From Anolis carolinensis (taxonomy: Eukaryota): a DNA stretch of 64,000 nt. The position numbers and the translations under genes were made by a program. Shown here piece by piece: positions 39,179-51,131 of the stretch. Where the stretch lies: positions 14,322,001 to 14,386,000 of the forward strand of contig NW_026943823.1 of the NCBI RefSeq assembly GCF_035594765.1, given 5' to 3'. Each line of letters begins with the position of its first letter. Position 1 is the stretch's first letter. The notes below the pieces were generated by a model that searched no databases, was not told the DNA's origin, and worked only from the letters and a program-made list of their open reading frames with translations.

Positions 39179-40329
39179 ATCTACACTATGGAATTAGTGC
39201 AGTTTGACACGACTTTACCAAGGGTAGATGTTAAGGAAAATGATTAAGCCAAGCAATCTATTGGTTTGGAAACATTTAAAAGTAAAATGCACTTTGCAAT
39301 AACACCTAGAACCTTTTCTATTTGCTGTCTTTGCATTCTCTGAGTCCCTTCAGCTGTCCATTTTATTTGGATGCCTACAGTCTACTATTTCTAAGTGCTT
39401 GAATGAGATTTTAAGTTGCTATAATGTTCAAAATGTGGAGGATAATGTCATAGAGGAGCAGAATTCTTTGGAGAAGTAATGCTACAGTTTGCTTCATCCA
39501 TCCTGAAGCTATACTCTTGTTCTTTCTTAAGCGTGGAAATCATATAACTGTTGTTGACTTCAATTCCCACCATCCTTTACAATTGTGGTGCCTGGGATTG
39601 ATGGGATCTGCACTCCAAGAATGGCTGGAGGGCTGGCCTCATCTCAGGAAATAAGTCCCAGCTATATAATTTTGACTTAATTGTAGTTGGAGCCTGTTAT
39701 AAGATTCTGCCTTGCAAGAGAATTAATTTCTTGGTAACAGCCACAATCAATGCCTATTTACTCTCTGAGTAAATGGTTTCTGAGTTCTCATTTAAAGGGT
39801 CAGTGCTTTGGCCAGACCTGGTTTGGAATAAATACAATTTGAGAAGGATAGGGAGGAGCTGAAAGGTGTCCAGAATGGTCAAAGGTCTGGAAACGCTGGG
39901 ACGCAAACACTAATGGATTCAAAAAGATTCCATCTAAACATAAGGAAGAATGGGTTGCTGTGAGTTTTCCTGTGTGGCGATGTTCCAGAAACATTTTCTT
40001 TTGTTGACTTACACAGGCACAACCCTCCTGATCCTACAATGAGGAAGTGGTATGTTTATTGTTTACACTGAAGTAATTGCATAGCAGCGGGGCAATATTC
40101 TGTCATTGCTGAGTTGCAACATTGTGCCATGAAATATGCATGCTACACTGATACAAAGGTTGCAGCGGACTCATGCCCATGTGCAGTGCACATCCAAATG
40201 CGCCAGTGAATGTCAACGTATCTCAATGCACAACATCCATCTATGTGCAACTGCACCACATAAGGGACTCTTCTTTTGCAACTGGAATATGAATCCCTAC
40301 CTTGCACAACAATGCCAATGTTCAATATG

Positions 40330-40795
40330 CTGTTGAAGGCTTTCATGGCCAGAAGCACTGGGTTGCTGTACGTTTTCCAGGCTGCATGACCATGTTCCAG
40401 AAGCATTCTCTCCTGATGTTTTACCCACATCTATGGCAGGCATCCTCAGAGGTTGTGGGGTCTGTTGGAAACTAGGCAAGTGAGGTTTATTTATTTATCT
40501 GTGAAATGTCCAGGGTGAGAGAAAGAATTCTTGTCAGTTTGAGGCAGGTGTGAAAGGTTGCAATTGGCCAGCTTGAGTGCCTCAAACAGACAAGAGTTTT
40601 TTCTCTCACCCTGGACATTATTCCACAGATATATAAACCCCACTTGCCTAGTTTCTAACAGACCTCACAACCTCTGAGAATACCTGCCATAGATGCTGGT
40701 GAAACATCAGGAAAGAATACTTCTGGAACATGGCCATACAGCCCGGAAAACTCACAGCAAGCCAGTGATTCCAGCCATGAAAGCTTTCAACAACA
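40330..40795. mobile_element. Penelope-like inverted terminal-repeat pair
   Basis: two oppositely oriented copies joined at ~40580. Confidence 0.65.
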
Positions 40796-41053
40796 CATAA
40801 TGAAGAATGCCTGGACTGTCAGAACTATTTGACAATAGAATGAAATCCTGCCTTGGAGGGTGGTGCAGTGTCCTTCTTTGGAGGCTGAAGGATTGTGTCT
40901 TCATTCATGGCACAAAGGGGCAGGACTAGATGACCCTTAGAATCCCTTTTGACTCAATTCTATGAAAGAAAGGTTTGCTTTGGATAATAAGAATGCCCTG
41001 AGTTGTGTTTTTGACTCCTTTGAAAAATGGAGTGGTGAAAATGGCACTGAAGT

Positions 41054-41109
<56 letters not shown>

Positions 41110-41113
41110 TTAT

Positions 41114-41768
41114 TATGACACAGCAAACAAGATAGATATGCTGGATTTCGTATCACAAAATCACAAGTCGAACACTTCCCAAGTGTCTAGGACTGTGTGA
41201 TGTATTTTCGGATGATGCGCGCAGATCCCAGTAGGGTGGCCTTTTGCAGTTGGCAGATCGTAATTTTGTCAATGTCTATTGTTTCCAAATACCGGCTGAG
41301 ATCTTTTGGCACGGCACCCAATGTGCCGATCACTACCCGGACCACCTGCACTGGTTTCTGCCAGAGTCTTTGAAGTTCGATCTTGAGGTCCTGATAGCGG
41401 CTGAGTTTTTCCTGTTGTTTTTTGTCAATGCGACTGTCACCTGGGATGGTGACATCAATGATCCAAACCTTTTTCTTTTCCACAACTGTGATGTCTGGTG
41501 TGTTGTGTTCCAGAACTTTGTCAGTCTGGATTCGGAAGTCCCACAGTATCTTTGCATGCTCATTTTCCATTACTTTTGCAGGTTTGTGATCCCACCAGTT
41601 CTTTACTGCTGGGAGGTGATACTTGAAGCTTAAGTTCCAATGAATCATTTGGGCCACATAGTTGTGCCTCTGTTTGTAGTCTGTCTGTGCAATTTTCTTA
41701 CAGCAGCTGAGGATATGATCAATGGTTTCGTCGGTTTCCTTGCAGAGTCTGCATTTTGGGTCATCAGC

Positions 41769-41770
<2 letters not shown>
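41114..41770 (-). mobile_element. R4/Dong-clade element, 5'-truncated, inside a (TAA)n tract
   Basis: CRLCKETDETIDHILSCC CCHC motif + RLE domain, open to the stop; (TAA)n on both sides; near-identical to 907-1484. Confidence 0.85.
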
Positions 41771-41839
<69 letters not shown>

Positions 41840-43079
41840 GGCAGTGTGGGGTGCAGCCTCCCAAGCTCTTTTGTGTGCCTGAGGTATAAGTTCCAGGTTG
41901 TAACTGCAAAATGCTGATTACAAGGGAAGCTTTAAATGTTGAAATGGAAAATAAATCATTTGAAGAGGCCAAGATGAAAACACTGCACACGTTTTATTGT
42001 CAAAAGAGGTGCCTACTCAAGGAAGCATGCATTTCATATGCCTCTGGTCTCAAAAGCAGCTTTAGGCATCTCAGGAACAAAGGTCAATACATGGAAAACA
42101 CAGGTTAATACAAAAGAAATCCTAATCCTTTTAAAAAAAAAAAGATTGGAGCTATCTTCTAACAACACATAATCCTAAGAGAGTTTCAAAAACGTCCCCT
42201 AGTCGTCTGAAAATAGATAGGAATAAATCACACAGCAAACGTTTCAAAAGTTGCCCCATAATTAAGATCCTAAAAAATAGATGAAGCAATTGCTCATTCA
42301 ACTGTTTCATTTGGCAACACAACTGATCTTGACTAATACTGTTTAAGACCTTGCTGGTTTCCAAGTCAATAGTAAGGGATGCTGGGACTTGCATTATGGA
42401 TTCGAGAACTGGAGAGGAAAAGGGTTGAATATCCTATGCAATAACACATAGGGATTTGAGTCACATCTCTCAAAACTTGTTTCCTCTGAAGTCAAATTTG
42501 GAGAGATGTCATATTTTTGAACTGCTCACCTTAATCACCCAACCAGTGAAACCAGTAGTCATCATGGTTGGAGGATCTGCAAAATCCTTATCCCCAAAAG
42601 GGAACAATACCAAGCTTCAGTCTTAGCTAACACATTGAATGGAGGATTAGCATAAATCTTTCTTTGAACGCCATCTCCCAGAATCCCCAGTCAACACATT
42701 TGATGTCCAGGGATACTGGGAATTGATATTCAAAAACTCTGGAAAAGCAGTGATCGCGGTGGCTCCCATGTCATTAGAGCTATTCCAGGTTTTGACTCAT
42801 TTTCAATGCTCTCTGAGGTGCTGAATATTGGAGAAAAAGGTCTGGTTTTAAACTTGGAGTGTGGATCCAATACTTCCTGACATGAAACCCATCATCCATT
42901 CCTGGTTAAAGGTTGAGAAATACAGATGTGAAAGTCGAAAGCTGCAATGCTAGGAGTTAGAGCAACTTGGGGGAAAGAAAGGACTAATAAGAAACAATCT
43001 GTTCAATACATAGGAATTAAAATACTATCAATCTGTGATTCATTTCTCCTTGAAGTATTGGGCCCAATACTCCAAGGGT

Positions 43080-43501
43080 TCAGTCCAAGTCTTCAATACT
43101 AAAGATGGCCTCTGAAGAGGAACCACAGCCAGACCCGTCTGCCTTTGAAGAGGAGCCCTGGAGCATTCCGTCTGCACTGGTCTGGGAAGAGCGATGAGAC
43201 CGAATCCCCAACTCCTTGGGCGCATAAGGCAAGTGGGCAGGGGCTTTCCTGGCCTGTCTGGGCCCCCGGATGCGGGGCACAGGCTGCGGAGCGCTCACAC
43301 AGGGGCCGTAGGTCTCCGGCCGGTCGATGATGGGGATATTCCAAGGGATGGCGAAACCGTCTTCCTCTGGGTCATCTAGATTTCCATCACACTCGCAGGA
43401 TTGAGTCCACCTGCGTACTTTGGAGGAGAAGCAGAGGAGGCTGAGGCTGGCCAGGACCACAAAGATGGCCCCCGCAGGGACCAGGTAGATTCTCCAGTTA
43501 C
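43080..43501 (-). CDS. Shisa-derived cluster gene 4, exon 2 (TM + tail)
   Basis: tcctctttgcag|GT; NWRIYLVPAGAIFVVLASLSLLCFSSKVRRW TM; PIIDRPETYGPC; spliced CDS 573 nt. Confidence 0.75.
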
Positions 43502-43650
43502 CTGCAAAGAGGAGAAGGACACGTTGGATGAGATCCTGGGATGACCAATGTAAAGAAGTGTGTTTTTATTTTGATTTATAGATGTCATGTTTAATTTCGT
43601 TTTAAAAGTCATGTTTGGCTATGTTTAAAAGGGTAAGTATTAGTTACCAG

Positions 43651-44355
43651 TGTGTGGGGGATGGTAACCAGCTCAGCATTCTGAGGCAGGTTACCATAGC
43701 AACGAGGGCGGAGCCAACCGCCGTTTGGAGGAAAAAGGAGGGAATGTTTTAAAAAACAGTTTAGTCTGTTTTAGTCTGTGGTCAGTAAACCACAGGGAAG
43801 ATTAGTTTTAGAGTCGGTGCCCTTATGAGGTACCGAGAGACTGGTTGAGGGATCAGGGTGGCTCAAATGATTGGACATTTTGAGTCAATTTTAAAATAAG
43901 TGGTGACTTATTTTAAGTTTAGTCTGTGATTTTTAGTCACAGGGAAGACACTGGTTCCAGGTTAGGGAAACCAGGGAAACTCAGATCTCTAGTGGTGTTG
44001 AATTAAGCAAGTTAGGTGACTTGTTTAGGTTTATTTGTAGAGTCTGAGTAGGAAGGGAAAGTAATCCCAGTTAGATCCGAAGTGATCAGTTAGTAGTTTT
44101 AGTTGGGAAAGGAAAGGAGAAAGTATTTGAAGTATTCATCATAAGTTATGTTTGCAACTGATTAGGAAAGTTTAACTCTAAGAAGTAATATTGTAACCAC
44201 CAAGCTCTGTGCCTGAAATAAACTTGTTTTGTTCTTCCATATCCAAGTCTCTGTCACATATTTTCAAAACTAAGTTACGATACCATCTAAAGTAAATGAA
44301 AAAGAACAAAGAAGATAAATTCCCCTCTGCCTGACATCTCCACAATTGGTGGCAG

Positions 44356-44407
<52 letters not shown>

Positions 44408-44488
44408 AAGATTCCTCCTCTACCCCACATCTCCACAAATTGGTGGCAGCGGTGGGATAAAAAGATTCCTCCCTGCCACATCTCTACA
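43651..44488 (+). mobile_element. LTR with tandem tRNA-Leu primer-binding-site repeats, in the gene 4 intron
   Basis: TG...CA ends, flanks accag/accaa, AATAAA ~44217, TGGTGGCAGCGGTGGGAT at 44441. Confidence 0.65.
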
Positions 44489-44549
44489 ACCAAGCTCCCA
44501 TTCGAAATGCAACCTTGTTAGATCATTGCACTGATCTACAACCAAGCAT

Positions 44550-44801
44550 GGAGCCCCCAGTGAGTTAAAGCCTTGTGACCTGAAGGTTGGGTTGCTGACC
44601 TGAAGGCTGCCAGGTTTGAATCCAACCCAGGGAGAGCGCAGATGAGCTCCCTCTATCAGCTCCAGCTCCATGCGGAGACATGAGAGAAGCCTCCCACAAG
44701 GATGGTAAAAACATCAAAACATCCAGGCATCCCCTGGGCAATGTCCTTGCAGATGGCCAATTCTCTTACACCAGAAGCGACTTGCAGTTTCTCAAGTCAC
44801 T

Positions 44802-44804
<3 letters not shown>
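44550..44804 (+). mobile_element. Second tRNA-derived SINE family
   Basis: related minus-strand copies at ~18470-18710 and ~23260-23500. Confidence 0.6.
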
Positions 44805-44844
<40 letters not shown>

Positions 44845-44979
44845 GCCAAGCATGGCACAAGATATCCCACAGCTCCCATCACTAAGTTGATCATATATAT
44901 TTTAATATACAGGATGTCCTATATTTAAGACTTAGAAAACTTAACCCTTTAAGACTGGTGGTTATCCCTCAGTTTAAGG

Positions 44980-45040
44980 GAATAGAATAGAATAGAATAG
45001 AATAGAATAGAATAGAATAGAATAGAATAGAATAGAATAG
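44980..45040. repeat. (AATAG)n microsatellite
   Basis: direct reading. Confidence 0.95.
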
Positions 45041-45871
45041 AGGAGTTGGAAAATATCCCAAGGGCCATCCAGTCCAACTCCTTGCTATGCAGGAAAAATA
45101 CAATCAAAGCAACCCCGAAAAATGGCTACCCACACCCCGAAAGATGGCCAACCAGCCTCTGTTTAAAAGCTTCTTCTATATGATTAAGGTTCTGAAAAAT
45201 CTTATATTTTTGGTGTGCACCTTTTATAAGAGCCAGTGTGCTACAGTGATTTGAGCCTTGGACTATTATTCTGGAGAGCAGGTTCTGAGTCCCTCTGGGG
45301 CACCTCAAGCAAGTCACACACTCTCAGCCTCATAGGAAGCCAATGGCAAACTTTGGTCAGAAGAACAAACCAAGGAAAGAAAGCTCTGTGATTGGGTCAC
45401 AGCTTATCTAGGGTTCTTGTCCAGCCATGGAAACCTTTGGGAAGTGACATTATCTCAGCCTCAGAGGAAAGTAATGGCATTTCTCTCCCAAACAAAGCTT
45501 GCTAAGAAAACCCTGCCATTGCTCAGAATCCTTTTCTCAGCCTTGGAGGAAGGCAAACTTTGCTCACAAAACCCCTGTGATTTTTCCATAAGTTCCCCAA
45601 ATTCGTGACTGTTTCCCAACCTGGGACTGAGACTTCTAGGACATGGACTCCAAAACCCTAGAGCAGTGTTTCTCAAACTTTTCTCCCCCAGATGTTTTGG
45701 ACTTCAGCTACCACAATTCCTAACAGCTGGTAAACCTCCTGGGATTTCCATTGTCCGTTGGGAACACATGGAGGAGCAGAGTTTGAGAAACCCTGCCCTA
45801 GAGGATCAAGTTTACGAAGACAGCCTGGAACTAACAAGAAACACCCCCCCCCCAATGCCCAAAGCAGGTAC

Positions 45872-46022
45872 CAAAAGTAGAGGATCCCTCTATGGATCCC
45901 TCTGTGTGCCTGAAGGTAGCCTCCGTTGGGGATCTCCAAGTTGCGTCCTGCCCATGGCTCTCCGTCACATCCCACGAACAAGAAGGCAGCGGCGCCAAAG
46001 TACTCAGCAGGATCCGGTCCAT
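45872..46022 (-). CDS. Shisa-derived cluster gene 4, exon 1
   Basis: MDRILLSTLAPLPSCSW (cf. gene 2 MDLILL, gene 1 LAP); phase-1 donor G|GTACCT (weaker); TTTATAAA upstream. Confidence 0.62.
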
Positions 46023-46158
46023 GTGGGGCTGCTATTACGGAGTCCAGCCCATTGGACTCCAGGACTCTAGGGCCCAAATTATGCTGGTGGGGCCTTAAGC
46101 TGGTGCCCTATCAACTCCCAATGGATAGTAAATAACAACTCAGCAACACCTGGGAGGC

Positions 46159-46224
46159 TTTATAAACTTCCACCACGATGGAGGCCTGGTAAGCAACTGG
46201 GCTCACCTGGCTGTGGCCCCAATC
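46159..46224 (-). promoter_or_regulatory. Gene 4 promoter module
   Basis: GATTGGGGCC-acagc-CAGGTG ... TTTATAAA. Confidence 0.6.
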
Positions 46225-46387
46225 CCATCCTTCATGGGTCCCACCTCTCCCTTCCTCCAAAGGAGAAGCAACACCTCTCTCAGCCCCAATAAAATAATAT
46301 CCAATAACACCCTCTTCTCCACATTTGCTCCAGAGAAAGCCAAACCAAAGGTCAAAATTTGGAGCCTTATTTTATTTAAGGCTACAG

Positions 46388-46973
46388 TGAAAGCACTGAG
46401 CTGCTGAACTTGCAGACCAAAAGGTCGCAGGTTCAAACCCCGGGAGCGGCCGGAGCGGCCACTGTTAGCTCTAGCTCCTGCCAACCTAGCAGTTTGAGAA
46501 CATGCCAATGTGAGTAGCTCAATAGATACCGCTCCGGCAGTAAGGTAACGGCGCTCCATGCAGTCATGCCAGTGGCCACATGACCTTGGAGATGTCTACA
46601 GACAATGTCGGCTCTTCGGCTTAAAAATGGAGATGAGCACCATCCCCCAGAGTGTGAGTAGATCAATAGGTACCACTCCGGTGGGAAGGTAACTGTGCTC
46701 CATGCAGTCATGCCAGTGGCCACATGACCTTGGAGGTGTCTATGGACAATGCCGGCTCTTCGGCTTATAAATGGAGATGAGCACCAACCCCCAGAGTGTG
46801 AGTAGATCACTAGGTACCGCTCCGGCGGGAAGGTAACGGTGTTCCATGCAGTCATGCCTATGGTCACATGACCTTGGAGGTGTCTACGGACAACGCCGGC
46901 TCTGGAGATGAGCACCAACCCCCAGAGTCAGACATGACTGGACTTAACGTCAGGGGAAGCCTTTACCTTTTTA
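46388..46973 (+). mobile_element. Sauria SINE with internal ~122-bp triplication
   Basis: three tandem copies of tgtgagtagatc...cccccagag. Confidence 0.8.
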
Positions 46974-48724
46974 CCATGGTGGAGGGAAAATGGCATTCTA
47001 TATTAAGGGGCAAAATCTATGTTTGCCTTTAAGGAATATTTTAAAAATATTTTCAAGTTGAGTATTCACTGCATTTAGCAGAACTATTTCTAAAACTGTA
47101 TAAAACATCTGCAAGGACAAAGCTAATCAAGATGGCCAGCTGCAACATTCACACTTGCCTCAATCAGGGCCAGCTAATCACTTTCCAACAAAGGATTCCC
47201 CCAGGCAAGAAGCAGCCAGGCCTTGAAGCTACAAGGCCATTCAATGCTAATCAAGGTGGCCAATTGAAACATTCACACTTGCCTCAAAGAGAAAAGAGTT
47301 CTTTCTCCCACCTCGGACATTCCACACATATATAAATCTCACTTGCCTAGTTGCCAACAGATCTCACAACTTCTGAGGATGCCTGCCATAGATGTGGGCA
47401 AAACGTCAAGAAAGAATGCTTCTGGAATATGGCCATACAGCCCAGAAAACTCACAGCAACCCAGTGATTCTGGCCATGAAAACCTTCAACACCACAAAAA
47501 GTAGGCTGCTACATGTGGTGTTATTGCGTATTGGTGTGTCTTTCGCAGCTTTTTCTCTGAAGGTGATGGGATCTTAAAGGTCAGGCAGGCTTATATGGGA
47601 AGATACTGTGCAGCCCTGCTCTCCTGGAGTCCTATTATGACACTGAACACTGGTTCAGATTTCTGTTTAGCTTCCCATCATGATCTTGGAAGCTAGGCAG
47701 GGTTAGGCCTGGTTAGTACTTGGATGAGAGACCACAAAAGAATACCAGGTACTACAGTGTGGATTTCAGAGAAAGGGACTTGCAAAACCACCTCTGAATA
47801 TTCCTCGTATAAGTAAACCCTATGAAATTCATGGTCACCATAAATTGATGGGTTACTTTCCCTAGATTGTAAATCCCAGGACTCCAAGGTGATTGTGTAG
47901 TTTGCATAGACTGAAAAAGGGGCCTTAATACAGTGCAGTGGGGCTTATTAACCATTGCATATGCTTATTTATTATTTATTTCCAGCATTTATACCCCGCC
48001 CATCTCACCCGAGGGGACTCAGGGTGGCTTATAACAGTTGGCAACATTTAATGCCAAGAACATCATAATAAAACAAAAACAGTACATATTAAAACTATAA
48101 AATACATCATTAAAATACATTATAACATTTAAAATATATGTACATTAGATAAATTTGTCTAAAAACCTCATGCTTCAGCCTTAAATCAGACCATGTCGAT
48201 GTTATTGTATTACTCATTAAAAGCTTGTGCACACAGTCATGTTTTCACGGCCTTTCTGAAACCCAGAAGATTTGGGGCTTTCAAACGCTGGCCTTATGGA
48301 CTGCAATGCTCTGTATCTTCCAGCTGCCCTTTGGGAATCCAGTGTTTCAAATCCCCAGCAACAGGCTTGGGAAATCTATATCATGGGGTGGGGGATGATG
48401 GATGCTGTAATCCACAGACATATTTATTCCATCCCGAGTCATTTAGAAAAGAGCAGATGTTTTATGTTTTGTTGAAGGCTTTCATGGTTGTTGGAAGCTA
48501 GGCAAGTGAGGTTTGTATGTATCTGTGGAATCTCCAGAGTGGGAGAAAGAACTCTTGTCTATTTGAGGCAAGTATGAATGTTACAATTGGCTACCTTGAT
48601 TAGCATTGAAGGTTCAATTCTGCACAAAGGCTCAGCGGCACATATACCCTTCATCATCCAACTCAACATAATGTCAGGGTTTGCGGAGGGACTGATAGAA
48701 GATTATGGGAGTTGTAGTCCCCTT

Positions 48725-49050
48725 GGGGCCCCTGGTGGCACAGTATGTTGAAGCGCTAAGGTGCTGAACTTGCGGACCAAAAGGTCCCAGGTTCAAATCC
48801 CGGGAGCGGAATGAGCGCCCGCTGTTAGCCCCAGCTCCTGCCAACCTAGCCGTTCGAAAACATGCAAATGTGAGTAGATCAATAGGTACCGCTCTGGCAG
48901 GAAGGTAACGGCGCTCCATGCAGTCATGCCGGCCACATGACTTTGGAGGTGTCTATGGACAACACCAGCTCTTCAGCTTAGAAATGGAAATGAGCACCAA
49001 CCCCCAGAGTCAGACATGACTGGACTTAACGTCCGGGGAAACCTTTACCT
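48725..49050 (+). mobile_element. Sauria SINE
   Basis: same family consensus. Confidence 0.82.
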
Positions 49051-50310
49051 TAGACCTTCTATATCCAGAGTGCCATATGAATCTGGATTAAACTTGAAAT
49101 AGATTCTCCCAATGCTAAACACATTTATAGCCAAGACCCAGGTTTAAAATCAGACGAGCATTTATTAGTGACTTTTGATACACATACAATTTGGAAGCAT
49201 TACTCCACGTACAATTTGGAAACATACCTTTGACAAATGTGGGTGGCTAAAAACAGCATCTCGCATGCCAAAAGCATTGCAGTCCAGGAAAGATGCATTG
49301 CTCATGGTTTAGTGTCATCAGTGTTCGAATATTGAAACAATCAGTCTTACATACAATTTCTCAAGCTTAAAAGGTCTTGCGGTGGGACAAAGGACTCCGT
49401 GTTGCGTGTGCAGATAGTCCCCGGTCTTACAGATAAAACTAGAAGTTGACAGTCACATAAATGAATTAATTGCAAATCAGCTGGCCCTGCATATGTTTTC
49501 CTAGGAGGAAAGATAGACAAAGCATTGCTTGTATAATTCATGTGTAAATTCAATAAATCATATTTGATGGGTTTGTTCCATGGATAGTCTGTTCTTTGGC
49601 TATTTAATAGTCTTTCCATCCAGTTACAAACTGGATACAAAGAAGAACGAATGGTACTCATAAAGGAGAAGTTTTGGTGTCTGTGTTTACATTGTATCTG
49701 CTTGCATCACGTTCTTAACCTCCCACTCTCCTTACAAAAGTTTAGATGCAGCACTAACAGTTAATTTAATATGTTACCCAATGGGTTCTGTAATACCTAT
49801 CATTTTCTACAGTGGGTTGTGTTGATGAGGTTTATGGAAATTGTGCTCCAATAACATCTACTTGCTTGGAGGTTCCTTCAAGTCTCCTTTGGGGGGTTGC
49901 ATCATATTGAGTAGTTGCATTGATGGCACCAGCAACAATCCACAATGCAAAAGGGTTAATCCCTTTTGCTGATTTCCAGAGATGGTGGGGCTAAAACAAA
50001 CCAAATGCCGTAGAGGCACATTGCCAACACAACTTCCTCTAAACTCCGGCATAGACTGGGGGTGCTTGTGTGAAAATGTCTAATATTTAAGACATGCTAG
50101 TGTCTGGTATACCATAGAGATGTGAGGGTTACAAAATGGAACAAACAAGAAGCAATATTTAAAAGCAAAATGCATCTAACCATGAACACACACAATTAAA
50201 AGCATCATCAAATCAATCTTAGTCTTTAAAAAAAAAATTAAAAATGAACTTTGCTGTCTAATGGGGACGTCTTGCTTCAGTGGGTATATCAAAGCCCCAC
50301 GGATCTTTGG

Positions 50311-51131
50311 CTACATGTCTGTGCCATCATTGTCGTCTTCATCATTGTCGTCTTCTTCCTCCTCTTCTGAAATAGGCCCCAGTGGAGATTCAATGCCTCT
50401 TTTCACAAAGAATTCCAGCATGGCATAGGCTTCTCTTTCCTCTGTCAGGGATGAAGCTTGTGCTCCATCAGCATCCTCTGGCAGAGACATGGCTTCTCCT
50501 TCACCAGCAGCCTCCATCTGGAGCCAAGCTTGTCCTTCTCCAACAACTTCTGGAAGGGATGAAGGTCGCCCTTCACTGGAAGGGTCTGCCAGAGTCAAAA
50601 CTTGCCCTTCAATGGATGGGTCTGGCAGGGGCAAGGCTTGTTCTGCGTCCATGGCAGGCTGGGAAACATTATGGCCATCTCCAAGAAGAACCAACGGAGA
50701 CATTTCAGGGACCTCTTCATCCTCTTGATAACCAGGGTTCATGCAAGTCAAATGCACCACGGTTTCAGAAGAAGAACGGGCCAGCAGACTGAAGGGATCA
50801 TCAAGGCTATAGGGTGGCGGGTTATCCTCACGATAAGGTGGAGGGTCATCAAAAGGAAGAGGAGGCATGTTGATGACACGAGGCAGAGGCCTGTTCCTGA
50901 TGCGAGGTGGAGGCCTGGTGCTGATGCGCGGAGAAGGATGAGGAGGAGAAGGAGGAGCCCTGTCGTCAGACGGCGTTGGACTTGGAGGACGCGAATCCTG
51001 CTCTAACATGTTCTGCACCAGGAGCACCAGGCAGGGGTTGTCCCGGCATGCGGCACATAAGCGGCAGGTGAGCCAGATGAAAGCAATGGCAACGGCAATC
51101 CCAAGCAGAATGGACAGCATCTTCATCCATT
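50311..51131 (-). CDS. Shisa-like cluster gene 5, exon 2 (TM, Cys cluster, Pro-rich with two PPPY, acidic tail)
   Basis: tctctttccag|AA; EWMKMLSILLGIAVAIAFIWLTCRLCAAC; DDPPPYREDNPPPY; spliced CDS 1302 nt, 433 aa. Confidence 0.88.

Noticed and set aside
45673-46077. 134-aa minus-strand ORF as gene 4 exon 1
   Set aside because: TTG start and runs into a MITE; the MDRILL frame fits the paralogs and the intron phase
49347-49661. 104-aa ORF, possibly viral
   Set aside because: No recognisable motif; more likely gene 5 3' UTR or intergenic sequence
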